Shown: positions 27,253 through 39,132, counted from the whole stretch's first letter. The stretch is 63,761 bases of DNA, filler included, from Octopus bimaculoides (GCF_001194135.2; 16 parts of 15 records of this genome joined end to end with filler, not necessarily neighbours in it); one strand, 5' to 3'. Made by a program: numbers and translations. Notes: a model not told the origin generated them from the sequence alone.

Positions 27253-27689
27253 CATACATACCTTAAAATTACACTGCCTGCCAGTTGTCATTTTACCTGT
27301 GCTTACCTTTAATTACACTGCCTACATTTTACCTGTACATAAATTTCTCTGCCTGCTTGTCATTTTACATGTATGCAAATTTCACTGCCTACCCTGTTGT
27401 CATTTTACCTGTACATAACTCAAGTTACATGGCCTACCTGTACATACCTTAAAATTACACTGCCTACCTGTTATCATTTTACCTGCACACACCTTAAATT
27501 TCACTACCTACCTGTTGTCATTTTTACCTGTACATAAATCGCACTGCCTATCTTTTGTCATTTTACCTGTAAACACCTTAAATTTCACTACCTATTGTCA
27601 TTTTACCTGTACATACCTCAAGTTATATTGCTTACCTATACATACCTTAAAATTACTCTGTCTACCTTTCTTTGGCATTCTACCTGTAG
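27253..27689 (+). repeat. Degenerate 36-45-bp minisatellite filling the 3' part of a GPN3 intron
   Basis: About 10 units of CATACCTTAAAATTACACTGCCTACCTGTTGTCATTTTACCTGTA. Confidence 0.9.
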
Positions 27690-27789
27690 GTACCTGGAGC
27701 CTGACATGATAACTTTATTAAACGAGGAATTTAATGAGAAGAAACATGGCAACAGGTATCACAAGATGAACTCCCTAATGGCTCAGATG
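27690..27789 (+). CDS. GPN3: GPN3 internal exon (phase 2 in, phase 0 out)
   Basis: (R)YLEPDMITLLNEEFNEKKHGNRYHKMNSLMAQM corresponds to FLDPDMYSLL..; ctgtag acceptor, ATG|gtgaga donor; frame continuous with its neighbours. Confidence 0.9.
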
Positions 27790-27997
27790 GTGAGATTTTT
27801 ACATAGTTGGTGGAGGGTGGGGGCTGGGTGTGGATGGGTCTCTTTCATCTGGGTCAGGGTTAGGGTTAGGGGGTTCTTTGCTTGATGAATTCCAGGCCAT
27901 CCCACCACACACAAGTCTGCAATTTTGTAGTTTTCTGTCCTGCCCCCCACCATTCTCTGCATCACGGTCAATCTCCTTTTTGTGATTTGTATTCCAG

Positions 27998-28132
27998 GTG
28001 GACGACTACGGCCTTGTGTGCTTCATGCCTCTGGACATTAGTGAAGACGACAACAGCAGCCTGAACGACATCTTGCTTCAAGTCGACATAGCGATTCAAT
28101 ATGGAGAGGACCTGGAGCCAAAGGAGCCAAGG
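27998..28132 (+). CDS. GPN3: GPN3 penultimate coding exon
   Basis: [45 protein letters not shown] matches [22 protein letters not shown]; attccag acceptor, AGG|gtcagt donor. Confidence 0.95.
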
Positions 28133-28230
28133 GTCAGTAGCATTTGGAGATGTCCTTTTATTCCTGTTTCCGTCATTAGACTGTGGCCCCACTTTGAAGA
28201 ATTTCTTCTTTAGTTGAAAGTACTGACCCC

Positions 28231-28505
28231 CAATGGCCCAGTGGTTAGGGTAGCGGACTCGCGGTCATAGGATCGCGGTTTCGATTCCCAGACCGGGCGT
28301 TGTGAGTGTTTATTGAGCGAAAACACCTAAAAGCTCCACGAGGCTCCGGCAGGGGGATGGTGGCGAACCCTGCTGTACCCTTTCACCACAACTTTCTGTC
28401 ACTCTTACTTCCTGTTTCTGTTGTGCCTGTAATTCAAAGGGGTCAGCCTTGTCACACTCAGTGCCATGCTGAATATCCCCCCCGAGAACTACGTTAAGGG
28501 TACAC
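28231..28505 (+). mobile_element. SINE family A, truncated by a gap
   Basis: tRNA-like head TGGCCCAGTGGTTAGG..GGTTTCGATTCC; near identical to the other A copies. Confidence 0.88.
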
Positions 28506-29543
28506 NNNNNNNNNNNNNNNNNNNNNNNNNNNNNNNNNNNNNNNNNNNNTTAATTAATTAANNNNNNNNNNNNNNNNNNNNNNNNNNNNNNNNNNNNNNN
28601 NNNNNTAACAAAACTCCCAACTCTCATGCATCCTTATTTTTCCTACCAGTTTATACATGAACTACTATTGAACTACAAAAGCTCAAAGACAATATAATGT
28701 ATGGGTATATTTATTTTTTTATATATTATTGTTTTATATATTATTTTCTTCATTTGTACTTCTTTGTAAAAAAAACATTTTCATTCTCCTTTTTCTTGAT
28801 AATTTGCTTTTTCGCAATGAAAACCGGTTAGAAGAAATTTTTATTAAAATATGCTTCCAGTTCAGCATTCTGGCTTTTTTTCATTTTCCTATTATTTCTC
28901 CTATTATATATGACGAACTTCCAAGCAGTTTCACTCTCAAAGCATTGGTTGGCCTGCGGCTATACACGAAGAGATTTGTCCGCGGTTCTGTGCAGTGGGA
29001 CTGAACCCGAAACTACATGGCTGCAAAGCAAACTTCTGAGCCACATACTGCTATGGTTGCGCGTCTTCAACTTGAAACATACCAATACGGTTCTATTCTG
29101 TGTATACTCTAAAGAGCTACGTAGCAATAAACTATAGTACAAGGCTACATATTACATACTGTTAAGTGATTCTCAATCCAGAGTGAAGTTATTTTGTTTG
29201 ACTTACGCCGTCCGGAACCCCATTTCTCACCCATTTCCTACGAAAGTATAGCATCTCTGTGCACCGACTTTAAGCAAACATATATCAAAGACAATTACTA
29301 TGTCGACAACCGTAACATAAAATTATGTGAAAACTTTCAAAATAAATATTTCATCCCCCAAAAAACCTATAAAATTTATTAGCATACGAAAGTGCGTTAA
29401 AGCAGTTTTTAATAAAAATATGCGAAAACAGAGTATTCAAGTAATATACATACAAACAGGCATAGATATGTAGGTATTTATTCGTGTTTACGCATCTGTA
29501 TGCACACATACACACACACACACACACATACACACACACCACC

Positions 29544-29595
<52 letters not shown>

Positions 29596-29739
29596 ATTTG
29601 TATATGCCGCTTTCGTTTTCCATTATACGAAACATACTTCATGCTTATAAATTTTATACTAGGCAAACTATTTGTACTGGTGCATATGAATAGCTGCATA
29701 GCAATGATAGTAATAACCTAGCACCATCCTTCTCGTTTG

Positions 29740-29780
<41 letters not shown>

Positions 29781-29897
29781 TACNNNNNNNNNNTGTGTGT
29801 GTGTATGTGTGTGTGTGTATAGATATGCACACACACACATACATATATACACCTATGTATGTTTGTATGTATACATATGCATATGTATTTTGTGTGT

Positions 29898-30288
29898 GGA
29901 GGCGCAATTGCCCAGTGGTTAGGGCAGCGGTCTCGCGGTCATAGGATCGCGGTTTCGATTCCCAGGCCGGGCGTTGTGAGTGTTTATTGAGCGAAAACAC
30001 CTAAAATCTCCACGAGTCTCCGGCAGGGGATGGTGGCGAACCCTGCTGTACTCTTTCACCACAGCTTTCTCTCACTCTTACTTCCTGTTTCTGTTGTGCC
30101 TGTATTTCAAAGGGTCAGCCTTGTCACACTGTGGCAGGCTGAATATCCCCGAGAACTACGTTAAGGGTACACGTGTCTGTGGAGTGCTCAGCCACTTGCA
30201 CGTTAATTTCACGAGCAGGCTTTTCCGTTGATCGGATCAACTGGAACCCTCGACGTCGTAAGCGATGGAATGCCAACAACAACAACAA
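29898..30288 (+). mobile_element. Full-length SINE family A with (CAA)n tail
   Basis: A-box, B-box, central GAGAACTACGTTAAGGGTACAC domain and CAA tail. Confidence 0.9.
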
Positions 30289-30352
30289 ATGTATATGTGT
30301 ATAAATATCACTATGTATATGTATGTACACACATTTATACGTATGTATATAC

Positions 30353-30402
<50 letters not shown>

Positions 30403-30414
30403 TAATATATAGAC

Positions 30415-30835
30415 TAGGATGTGTGGTGACAAGCTTGCTTCCCAGCCACATGGTTCCGGGTTCAATCCTACTGTGTGGCACATTGAGCAAGTGTCTTCTA
30501 CTATAGCCTTGTCAGTAGATTTGGTAGACGGAAGTTGAAGGAGGCTCGTCGTGTATATATGTTTGTATGTATGTATGAATGTATGTATGTAGGTATGTAT
30601 GTATGTATGCATGCATGTATGTATGTATGTATGTATTTGTGTTTGTGTCTGTGTTTGTCTCCCGTTTGACAACTGATGTTGGTGTGTTTACAACCTTGCA
30701 ACCTTAGCGGTTCGGCAAAAGAGAACGACAGAATAAGTAGTACGCTTACAAAAAATAAGTCCTGTCGTCGATTTGTTCGACTAAAACTCCAATACGGCCG
30801 TAGTCAATTGACTGAAAGAAGTAAAAGAATAAAAG
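30415..30835 (+). mobile_element. SINE family B
   Basis: Colinear with 12665-13063. Confidence 0.8.
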
Positions 30836-31291
30836 AATACATACATATATACATACATACATACATACATACATACATAATACATACATACATACATACA
30901 CACATACATACATACATACATACAGACAGACAGACAGACATACATACATACATACATACATATGTGTTTCTGCCTTCATATACGCCATCAGCACAGCAAT
31001 TATCCTTACCTGACTCCACTCAGACATACGACTGAGACAAATGGAAAATACCGAACGTTTACGTTCTGCGGAAATTTCCCATTATTAAAACAAAAATGTG
31101 CTAACGGAAGTTCGTGTCATTGATGTGCATTTGGATAACAGAGACAGGGGAATGTATATTAAATATGATACGTATATTCAAATGGCGGTGCCCCAGCATG
31201 GTCACAGCTCATGAGCTGAAACTAGATAAAATGAAGATGAAAAATAATGAATACCTGAGAGTAATTATGATCGCTTCTATCCACACGCGCA

Positions 31292-31376
<85 letters not shown>

Positions 31377-31515
31377 TCACACACAAACACACACGCATTC
31401 ACAAACACACACACACACAAACACATATCTATATGTGTATGTCTATCTCTCATTCTAAGTGTGTGTATGTGTGTGTGTACATATACATGATTTAGTATAT
31501 ATAATATATATATAG

Positions 31516-31575
<60 letters not shown>

Positions 31576-31810
31576 NNNNNNNNNNNNNNNNNNNNNNNNN
31601 NNNNNNNNNNNNNNNNNNNNNNNNNNNNNNNNNNNNNNNNNNNNNNNNNNNNNNNNNNNNNNNNNNNNNNNNNNNNNNNNNNNNNNNNNNNNNNNNNNNN
31701 NNNNNNNNNNNNNNNNNNNNNNNNNNNNNNNNNNNNNNNNNNNNNNNNNNNNNNNNNNNNNNNNNNNNNNNNNNNNNNNNNNNNNNNNNNNNNNNNNNNN
31801 NNNNNNNNNN

Positions 31811-31873
<63 letters not shown>

Positions 31874-32099
31874 ATAAGTCTGTGTGCCTTAGATTAACTT
31901 GTAAGATAACGCCGAAACAATGCGAGATGAAATGCAAAGTTAATTACGAAAATGACAGTTGGAAATTTTACCTTATTTCCCAGGATTGTCGCCCCTTCTT
32001 CTGGACATGTGGCGAAATGAAGGATGAAATAGTCGTTGCTTAGATGTATTGAAGTGGGGGATGACATGCTCAGACTGGTGTTCTTTTCACCAGTTTGTT

Positions 32100-32931
32100 T
32101 TTGTAGTTCTTTCCATTTCTTTTTTAGTTGGTCTCAAATTGTTAATAAGGAAGGCCTCTACGATTCCAAGATTTCACGTATTATATTGCGTGCCCCTGAT
32201 GAATACCGGAATCCTACGTTTGGCACTTCTATAGGTGTTGCGGATTGATGCGAATGTGCAGATTTTTTGCTGATTCTCCCCATATAGGATGCACTTCATT
32301 TATTGCAGACTTCCTCGTATATCACGTAGTCTCTCGAGCACATTGTGAAGTTGTTGATGGAGCAATTAGATAGTGCTCACCGTACGATGCTACTTGTAGT
32401 ATGACATCTACACAGACATTTCCTCGGAGATTGACCGGAGTACACGATCTGTATGCTAAGTCTGCCCTGTGGATTGCATGGTGTACAGCAGCAGTGGCTC
32501 TGTTATCGAAATATGGTAGTGTTAGAAAGCCCGTCGGGCGTTTTATTACAGGCTTTCTTATGAAATACACTGACTTCAGCGTTGTTTAAACGCAGTCGTT
32601 CGGGTAAAAATGAAGGACAGCCGTTGTTTATTATGATCTTGTGGAACCGCTTGGTGTTGGTAGCTTTGTCAGCTGCGTCGCTGCGGATGATGCTTATACA
32701 TGCGATTTCGTTTCGCACGTATACAGCTTTAGCTTTGGCGGGCAAGGCTGACTCATACGGCACAAACAGGTTTCTATTGGCAACGTTCTTATAAAAGCTG
32801 GTATAGATAGAACCCCCCTTGGAAACCCTGAGTTGAAAATCGAGCCGAGAGAGGATTACAGACTCGTCCGGGTGTTCAATTTCAAATTTTACGTGTTTGT
32901 TGACGTTGTGTATATATACTCTACGGATATT
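32100..32931 (-). mobile_element. Penelope-like element fragment (RT C-terminus/thumb and GIY-YIG)
   Basis: VKFEIEHPD..LDFQL..FYK..NLFVPYESALP..YVRNEI, LTLPYF, then CNK..YMG/ESAKNLHIRI across a frameshift. Confidence 0.8.
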
Positions 32932-33190
32932 AGCTACCAAATGCTGTCACACAATGAGGGTTCTTGTCATTGGATATTCTTGGGGAAATCTGTAAACATC
33001 CGTAGAGTATACTGAAATATTAATAGAAGAAGAGTGATTGAACATACTTTATTACATATCACTACACTTTTTCCAGCACTACATTACCGGCTGTTCATTG
33101 CTGAATGTTACATACATTAAAAACAATTTTGCCTTCTCTAATATCCCTCAGTAAATGAGGTATATCTATTTATCTATCCATTTTCTCTTA

Positions 33191-33297
<107 letters not shown>

Positions 33298-33475
33298 TTA
33301 TATATGTACGTAGATATATATAAGTATGTGCACATATGGATTCATATGTGAGTATATAAACATCTATATATTTATAAACATACATTTATGTATATGTACA
33401 CACACACACACGCACACACACACACACACCTATATGGATATTTAAATGTTCCTGCATGTATGTGTGTGTGTGCGC

Positions 33476-33557
<82 letters not shown>

Positions 33558-33558
<1 letters not shown>

Positions 33559-33820
33559 CGCGCGTAGCCTGGTAGTTAGTGTGTTGCACTTATGATTGAT
33601 GCATCGTGTGTTCGATTCCAAGACCGGGAGACGAATTGTGTTCTTGAGCAAAACACTTCATTTGCACGTTGCTCCAGTCCACTGAGCTATATAAACGGGT
33701 AACCATGCGACGGAATATTCTTCTGATCAGGAGTAGCATCACTTGAAGGATAAAACAATACGAAGCACATTGTGACTAGCGATGTATAACAAAATCCAGT
33801 AGTCTGGTCAATACGGTGAT
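33558..33820 (+). mobile_element. Older tRNA-headed CORE-like SINE
   Basis: TAGCCTGGTAG A-box-like, GTTCGATTCC B-box, TTCTTGAGCAAAACACTTCATT..TTGCTCCAG. Confidence 0.6.
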
Positions 33821-34023
33821 ACTGTGATATATATATATTAGTCTATCATGGATATTTCTTGGTTTCACTTGAATTTAACCACTTTTGGATTGCTTTGAGA
33901 ACGTGTTATCATATATTTTCGGATAGATTAATTTCTCTAGTATTTTATGACTTTTTGTATGGTATAAAATGTATGGTTTATTCAGCAATTAACGATGTGG
34001 TTTTCTCTATATTCTTCTTGTTT

Positions 34024-34096
<73 letters not shown>

Positions 34097-34793
34097 GATT
34101 ATTTAAACGACTTTCTATCAATTGTCTAACTATAATTATAAACACATTGGAATACGATTAGTTATTGATGTGTGATTGATTGCCGACAAGCTCATAGGAA
34201 ATGCATCATGCACTCATCACTTCAACTGTCATATTTTAGAATACGTGATGAAGGTATGCTAGAACTCGTGATAACTTCGTATCTTATATATCTAAAAACC
34301 ACGTACGTAAGCAAGGAGCTTGCGCCAACTAATGAAGTTTTTCTGTTGATGAATGAGTTTAATTAACTAGAGACGTAATCAAAGCAACTTTGATTGAAAT
34401 ATAGGTGTCTGTAATTATATCTAACACGTTCATACTTGCTCGGACGTGGAAAAATCTTTCGTACATAAACTCTCTCGAGAGAAAAATTCTCCTAACAAGC
34501 AATGATGTGTGAAAACATCATAGCCTGTAAGGAGAATTTGTGATGTGAAAACACATCACAGCGCTATGAATGGCGGCACTGGACCATAAATCACACGTTT
34601 CTGCACCTTGTTTGGTTATATGTTGCCTTTTAGCCTTTATTTAAGGCAGTTATTGGACTGCAGCCATACTGCGGGCACCGCTTTCGAGGGGTTTTTCTTT
34701 TTGTCTTTTTTTAAGTGTAGTATTTATTTTATCGGTCTCGCTTGCGAAATCGGTGCCATAAAGGAATGTGTATATACATGTGTGTGTGTATGT

Positions 34794-34860
<67 letters not shown>

Positions 34861-34989
34861 GGTACACATACACACACACACATATTCAAACATGAATTAG
34901 AAGCAGCTTGAGGTATATAAACAAAATCGAACGTACATACACATAGTATGTGTCTTGTGAGTTATATATATATATATATATATACATAA

Positions 34990-35360
34990 GGAGGCGCAAG
35001 GGCCCACTGGTTAGGGCAGCGGACTCGCGGTCATAGGATCACGGTTTCGATNNNNNNNNNNATATATATATATATACATAAGGAGGCGCAAGGGCCCACT
35101 GGTTAGGGCAGCGGACTCGCGGTCATAGGATCACGGTTTCGATTCCCAGACCGGGCGTTGTGAGTGTTTATTGAGTGAAAAAAAACAACCAAAGCTCCAC
35201 GAGGCTCCGGCAGGGGATGGTGGCGAACCCTGCTGTACTCTTTCACCACAACTTTCTCTCACTCTTACTTCCTGTTTCTGTTGTGCCTGTAATTCAAAGG
35301 GTCAGCCTTGTCACACTGTGTCACACTGAATATCCCCGAGAACTACGTTAAGGGTACACG
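34990..35360 (+). mobile_element. SINE family A (head duplicated across a 10-N gap)
   Basis: Matches the other A copies; ends at a gap. Confidence 0.85.
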
Positions 35361-35460
35361 NNNNNNNNNNNNNNNNNNNNNNNNNNNNNNNNNNNNNNNN
35401 NNNNTTAATTAATTAANNNNNNNNNNNNNNNNNNNNNNNNNNNNNNNNNNNNNNNNNNNN

Positions 35461-37263
35461 ATGATCGTTTAAATAGCCACAGGGAAGATCGTTTGTATAC
35501 CAAAAGGAAATATCGTTTGAATAGGTAAACGAAAGATCGTTCGTATAGCTAAAGGGAAGATCGTTTGTATAGCCAAAGGANNNNNNNNNNNNNNNNNNNN
35601 NNNNNNNNNNNNNNNNNNNNNNNNNNNNNNNNNNNNNNNNNNNNNNNNNNNNNNNNNNNNNNNNNNNNNNNNNNNNNNNNNNNNNNNNNNNNNNNNNNNN
35701 NNNNNNNNNNNNNNNNNNNNNNNNNNNNNNNNNNNNNNNNNNNNNNNNNNNNNNNNNNNNNNNNNNNNNNNNNNNNNNNNNNNNNNNNNNNNNNNNNNNN
35801 NNNNNNNNNNNNNNNNNNNNNGTTCGATTCTATAGGCAAAAGAAGGATCGTTTGTATAGCTAAAGGGAAGATCGTTTGTATAACCAAAGGAAAGATCGTT
35901 TGTATAGCTAAAGGGAAGAACGTTGGTATAGCCAAACGAAANNNNNNNNNNNNNNNNNNNNNNNNNNNNNNNNNNNNNNNNNNNNNNNNNNNNNNNNNNN
36001 NNNNNNTCGTTTGTATAGCCAAATGAAAAATCGTTTGTATAGCTAAAGGAAAGATCATTTCTATAGCCAATGGAAAGATCGTTTGTATATCTAAAGAATG
36101 ACCGTTTGTATAGCCAAAGGAAAGATCGTTCGTATAGCTAAAGCAAATATCGTTTGTATAGCCAAAGGAAAGATCGTTTGTATAGATAAAGGGAAAATCG
36201 TTTGTATAACCAAAGAAAGATCGGTTGTATAGCTAAAGGAAAGAGCGTTCGTATAGCAAAAGGAAAGATCGTTTGTATAGCCAAAGGAAATATCGTTTGT
36301 ATAGCTAAAGGGAAGATCGTTTCTANNNNNNNNNNNNNNNNNNNNNNNNNNNNNNNNNNNNNNNNNNNNNNNNNNNNNNNNNNNNNNNNNNNNNNNNNNN
36401 NNNNNNNNNNNNNNNNNNNNNNNNNNNNNNNNNTATAGCCAAAGGAAAGATCGTTTGTATAGCTAAAGGGAAGATCGTTTCTAAAGTCAAAGAAAAGATC
36501 GTTTCTATAGCCAAAGGAAAGATCGTTTCTATAGCCAAAGGAAAGATCGTTTGTATAGCNNNNNNNNNNAGGAAAGATCGTTTGTATAGCCAAAGGAAAG
36601 ATCGTTTGTATAGCTAAAGTGAAGATCGTTTCTATAGCCAAAGAAAAGACCGTTAGTGTAGCAATATCAAAGATCGTTTGTATAGCCAAAGGAAAGATCG
36701 TTTGTATTGCCAAAGGAAAGATCGTTTGTATAGCAAAAGGAAAGATCGTTTGTATAGGNNNNNNNNNNNNNNNNNNNNNNNNNNNNNNNNNNNNNNNNNN
36801 NNNNNNNNNNNNNNNNNNNNNNNNNNNNNNNNNNNNNNNNNNNNNNNNNNNNNNNNNNNNNNNNNNNNNNNNNNNNNNNNNNNNNNNNNNNNNNNNNNNN
36901 NNNNNNNNNNNNNNNNNNNNNNNNNNNNNNNNNNNNNNNNNNNNNNNNNNNNNNNNNNNNNNNNNNNNNNNNNNNNNNNNNNNNNNNNNNNNNNNNNNNN
37001 NNNNNNNNNNNNNNNNNNNNNNNNNNNNNNNNNNNNNNNNNAAAGATCGTCTGTATAGCCAAAGGAAAGATCGTTTGTATAGCCAAAGGAAGGATCGTTT
37101 GCATAGCTACAGAAAAGATCGTCTGTATAGCTAACTGAGAGGTCGATTCTATAGGCAAAAGAAGATCGTTTGTATAACCAAAGGGAAAATCGTTTCTATA
37201 GCTAAAGGGAAGATCGTTTGTATAGCTAAATGGAAGAACGTTGGTATAGCTAAAGGGAAGATC
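35461..37263. repeat. 24-bp tandem satellite, consensus TATAGCCAAAGGAAAGATCGTTTG
   Basis: Dozens of adjacent units with point variants, interrupted by gaps. Confidence 0.95.
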
Positions 37264-37363
37264 NNNNNNNNNNNNNNNNNNNNNNNNNNNNNNNNNNNNN
37301 NNNNNNNTTAATTAATTAANNNNNNNNNNNNNNNNNNNNNNNNNNNNNNNNNNNNNNNNNNNN

Positions 37364-37398
<35 letters not shown>

Positions 37399-38389
37399 AT
37401 AAAGGACAACAAAAGAAAGAAAGAGACCTCGATAGTATATAAACAGAGGAATTTATCTGTAAAATATGTGACAATTATTCGGTAGCCATGATAAAACTCC
37501 GAGTCTCGGATGCCGGGGCGGAAGCCCATGCCGCCATCTTTTCAGTTACCTCGGCCATTGAAAATTCCTAGCGCCTGTATGTGTGTGTGTGTGTGTGTAT
37601 CTATTTGCGTGTCTATGTGTCTGTATTTCTCCTCACCCTTCACCCCTTGACCATGCGTTTATGTTTCCTTAAGCTAGCAGTTCGGCAAAGGGGGCTACAA
37701 AATAAGTACTAAGCTTGAACAATTACGTCCTGGTGTATATTTCTTCTACCAATATCCTGCCAGGAGGCGCTCCAGTATGCCGCTGTTAAATGACTGAAAG
37801 AAATAAAATAATAAAAGAATATATAACAATAAACATACCTACCACAGAAGGACATAATGGACTAAGCAGTACAAGGGAAGGTACGTGGATAAACGAGTTA
37901 CTGAAGAGGTCGCAGCGTGAGTAACGTAGGAGCGTCGACAAAGTAAGAAAGAGACAAAATTAATAATAATAATAAAGCTGAAGTAAAGATCAAACATATA
38001 GTGTGTCTATTTAATTAGCAAAACCTGTCCATCCCAGATATAACAATAGATTAACTAATCTCCTAAAGATTAATTAGAAGAAATGTTTGATGCATAAATT
38101 CATAATTCAAAGATATCATCAAGAGATATTACATAAATAACCGGTTATATATTCTTATCGTCTAGCATTCTGATATTTAAACGATTCTTCACAATTCACA
38201 CTAACTTATAACGGTTTATTTTTATTTTATTTCTGAGCTACAGCTGCACAAAATATTTTCAGGGACGCGCATTGTCTCCTTTAAAGTTTGTCCTATGTTT
38301 GACCATCCTTTAGTTTAGAATTAAGGAAGGCAAATTCAGGGTGTCAGTTCAGAAATAGGAATGGAAAAATTAATCATTCCCTGTAAATG

Positions 38390-39100
38390 GATGAACTGAA
38401 GCATTTTAGTAAGAATGTAAAAGAGATAGATCCTTTAATACAAACTATAAGTCTCTTCAGGAAAGATATAGGTATGGAATTTGGCATAGATAATTGAGCA
38501 ATATTAATCATGAGAAGGGGACAGGTAGTCAACAGCGAAGGCATCCAATTACCAGATGGCCAGACATTAAAATCATCGAAACGATAAGAGAGTTAGGAGT
38601 GTCAAGGAGTTATAGAATCTGACAGAGTATCACCTACAGAAATGAAAACGAAAATTGGAGATTACATTAGGAGGGTGGGGAAGCTAATGAAATCAAAGCA
38701 AAATGTTCCATATCTCGTGAAGGCTGTAAATACTTGGGAAATATTATTACTTAGACACTCGGCAGCTTTTGTACTTCAGAATATAACTGAATTAGTAAAG
38801 TTAGACATAGGAAGGAATTCAATATGCATGGGGCAATGCAACCAAGAGTAATATTAGCAAAATTATACCTACTTAGAAAGGAAGTCGGAAGAGGGTTGAT
38901 ATCAGTAGAAGGTAAAGACTGCATGGAATTAGCCAGAGTAGATATAGACTCCTATGTAGATAACAGTGAAGAAATGTTATTAAAAAACTGGTTGAGTCAC
39001 AGAAAGATATAGGGAAACAAAAACACCAAACGAACTCAGAAATCAGAAACAAGAAGAGTAATTATCTGACTGGCAGAAGTCGTTGCAGGTAGATTCCCAA
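38390..39100 (+). mobile_element. Diverged R4/Dong-like LINE fragment (RT end and post-RT region)
   Basis: DIGMEFGID, LVKAVNTW, MHG..AKLYLLRKEVGRGLISVE. Confidence 0.7.
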
Positions 39101-39132
39101 AGATAGTTTCAGCGAATAGTAGTAGTGAGAAA

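Noticed and set aside
28650-28697. Possible last GPN3 exon (FIHELLLNYKSSKTI*) after a good acceptor
   Set aside because: No resemblance to the acidic GPN3 C-terminus; the true exon may lie in the preceding gap.
29484-29721. PolyQ, polyT and polyC ORFs
   Set aside because: Translations of a (CAA)n microsatellite next to (CA)n.
29898-29972. tRNA gene
   Set aside because: No complete cloverleaf or acceptor stem; it continues into SINE body sequence and is multicopy.
34966-35141. Apparent tandem duplication of a SINE head
   Set aside because: Identical sequence on both sides of a 10-N gap; an unmerged contig overlap.
35461-37263. CRISPR array or repeat protein (IVCIAKGK / IQTIFPLA)n
   Set aside because: Units are contiguous with no unique spacers, there are no cas genes, the context is eukaryotic, and variants introduce stops and frameshifts.
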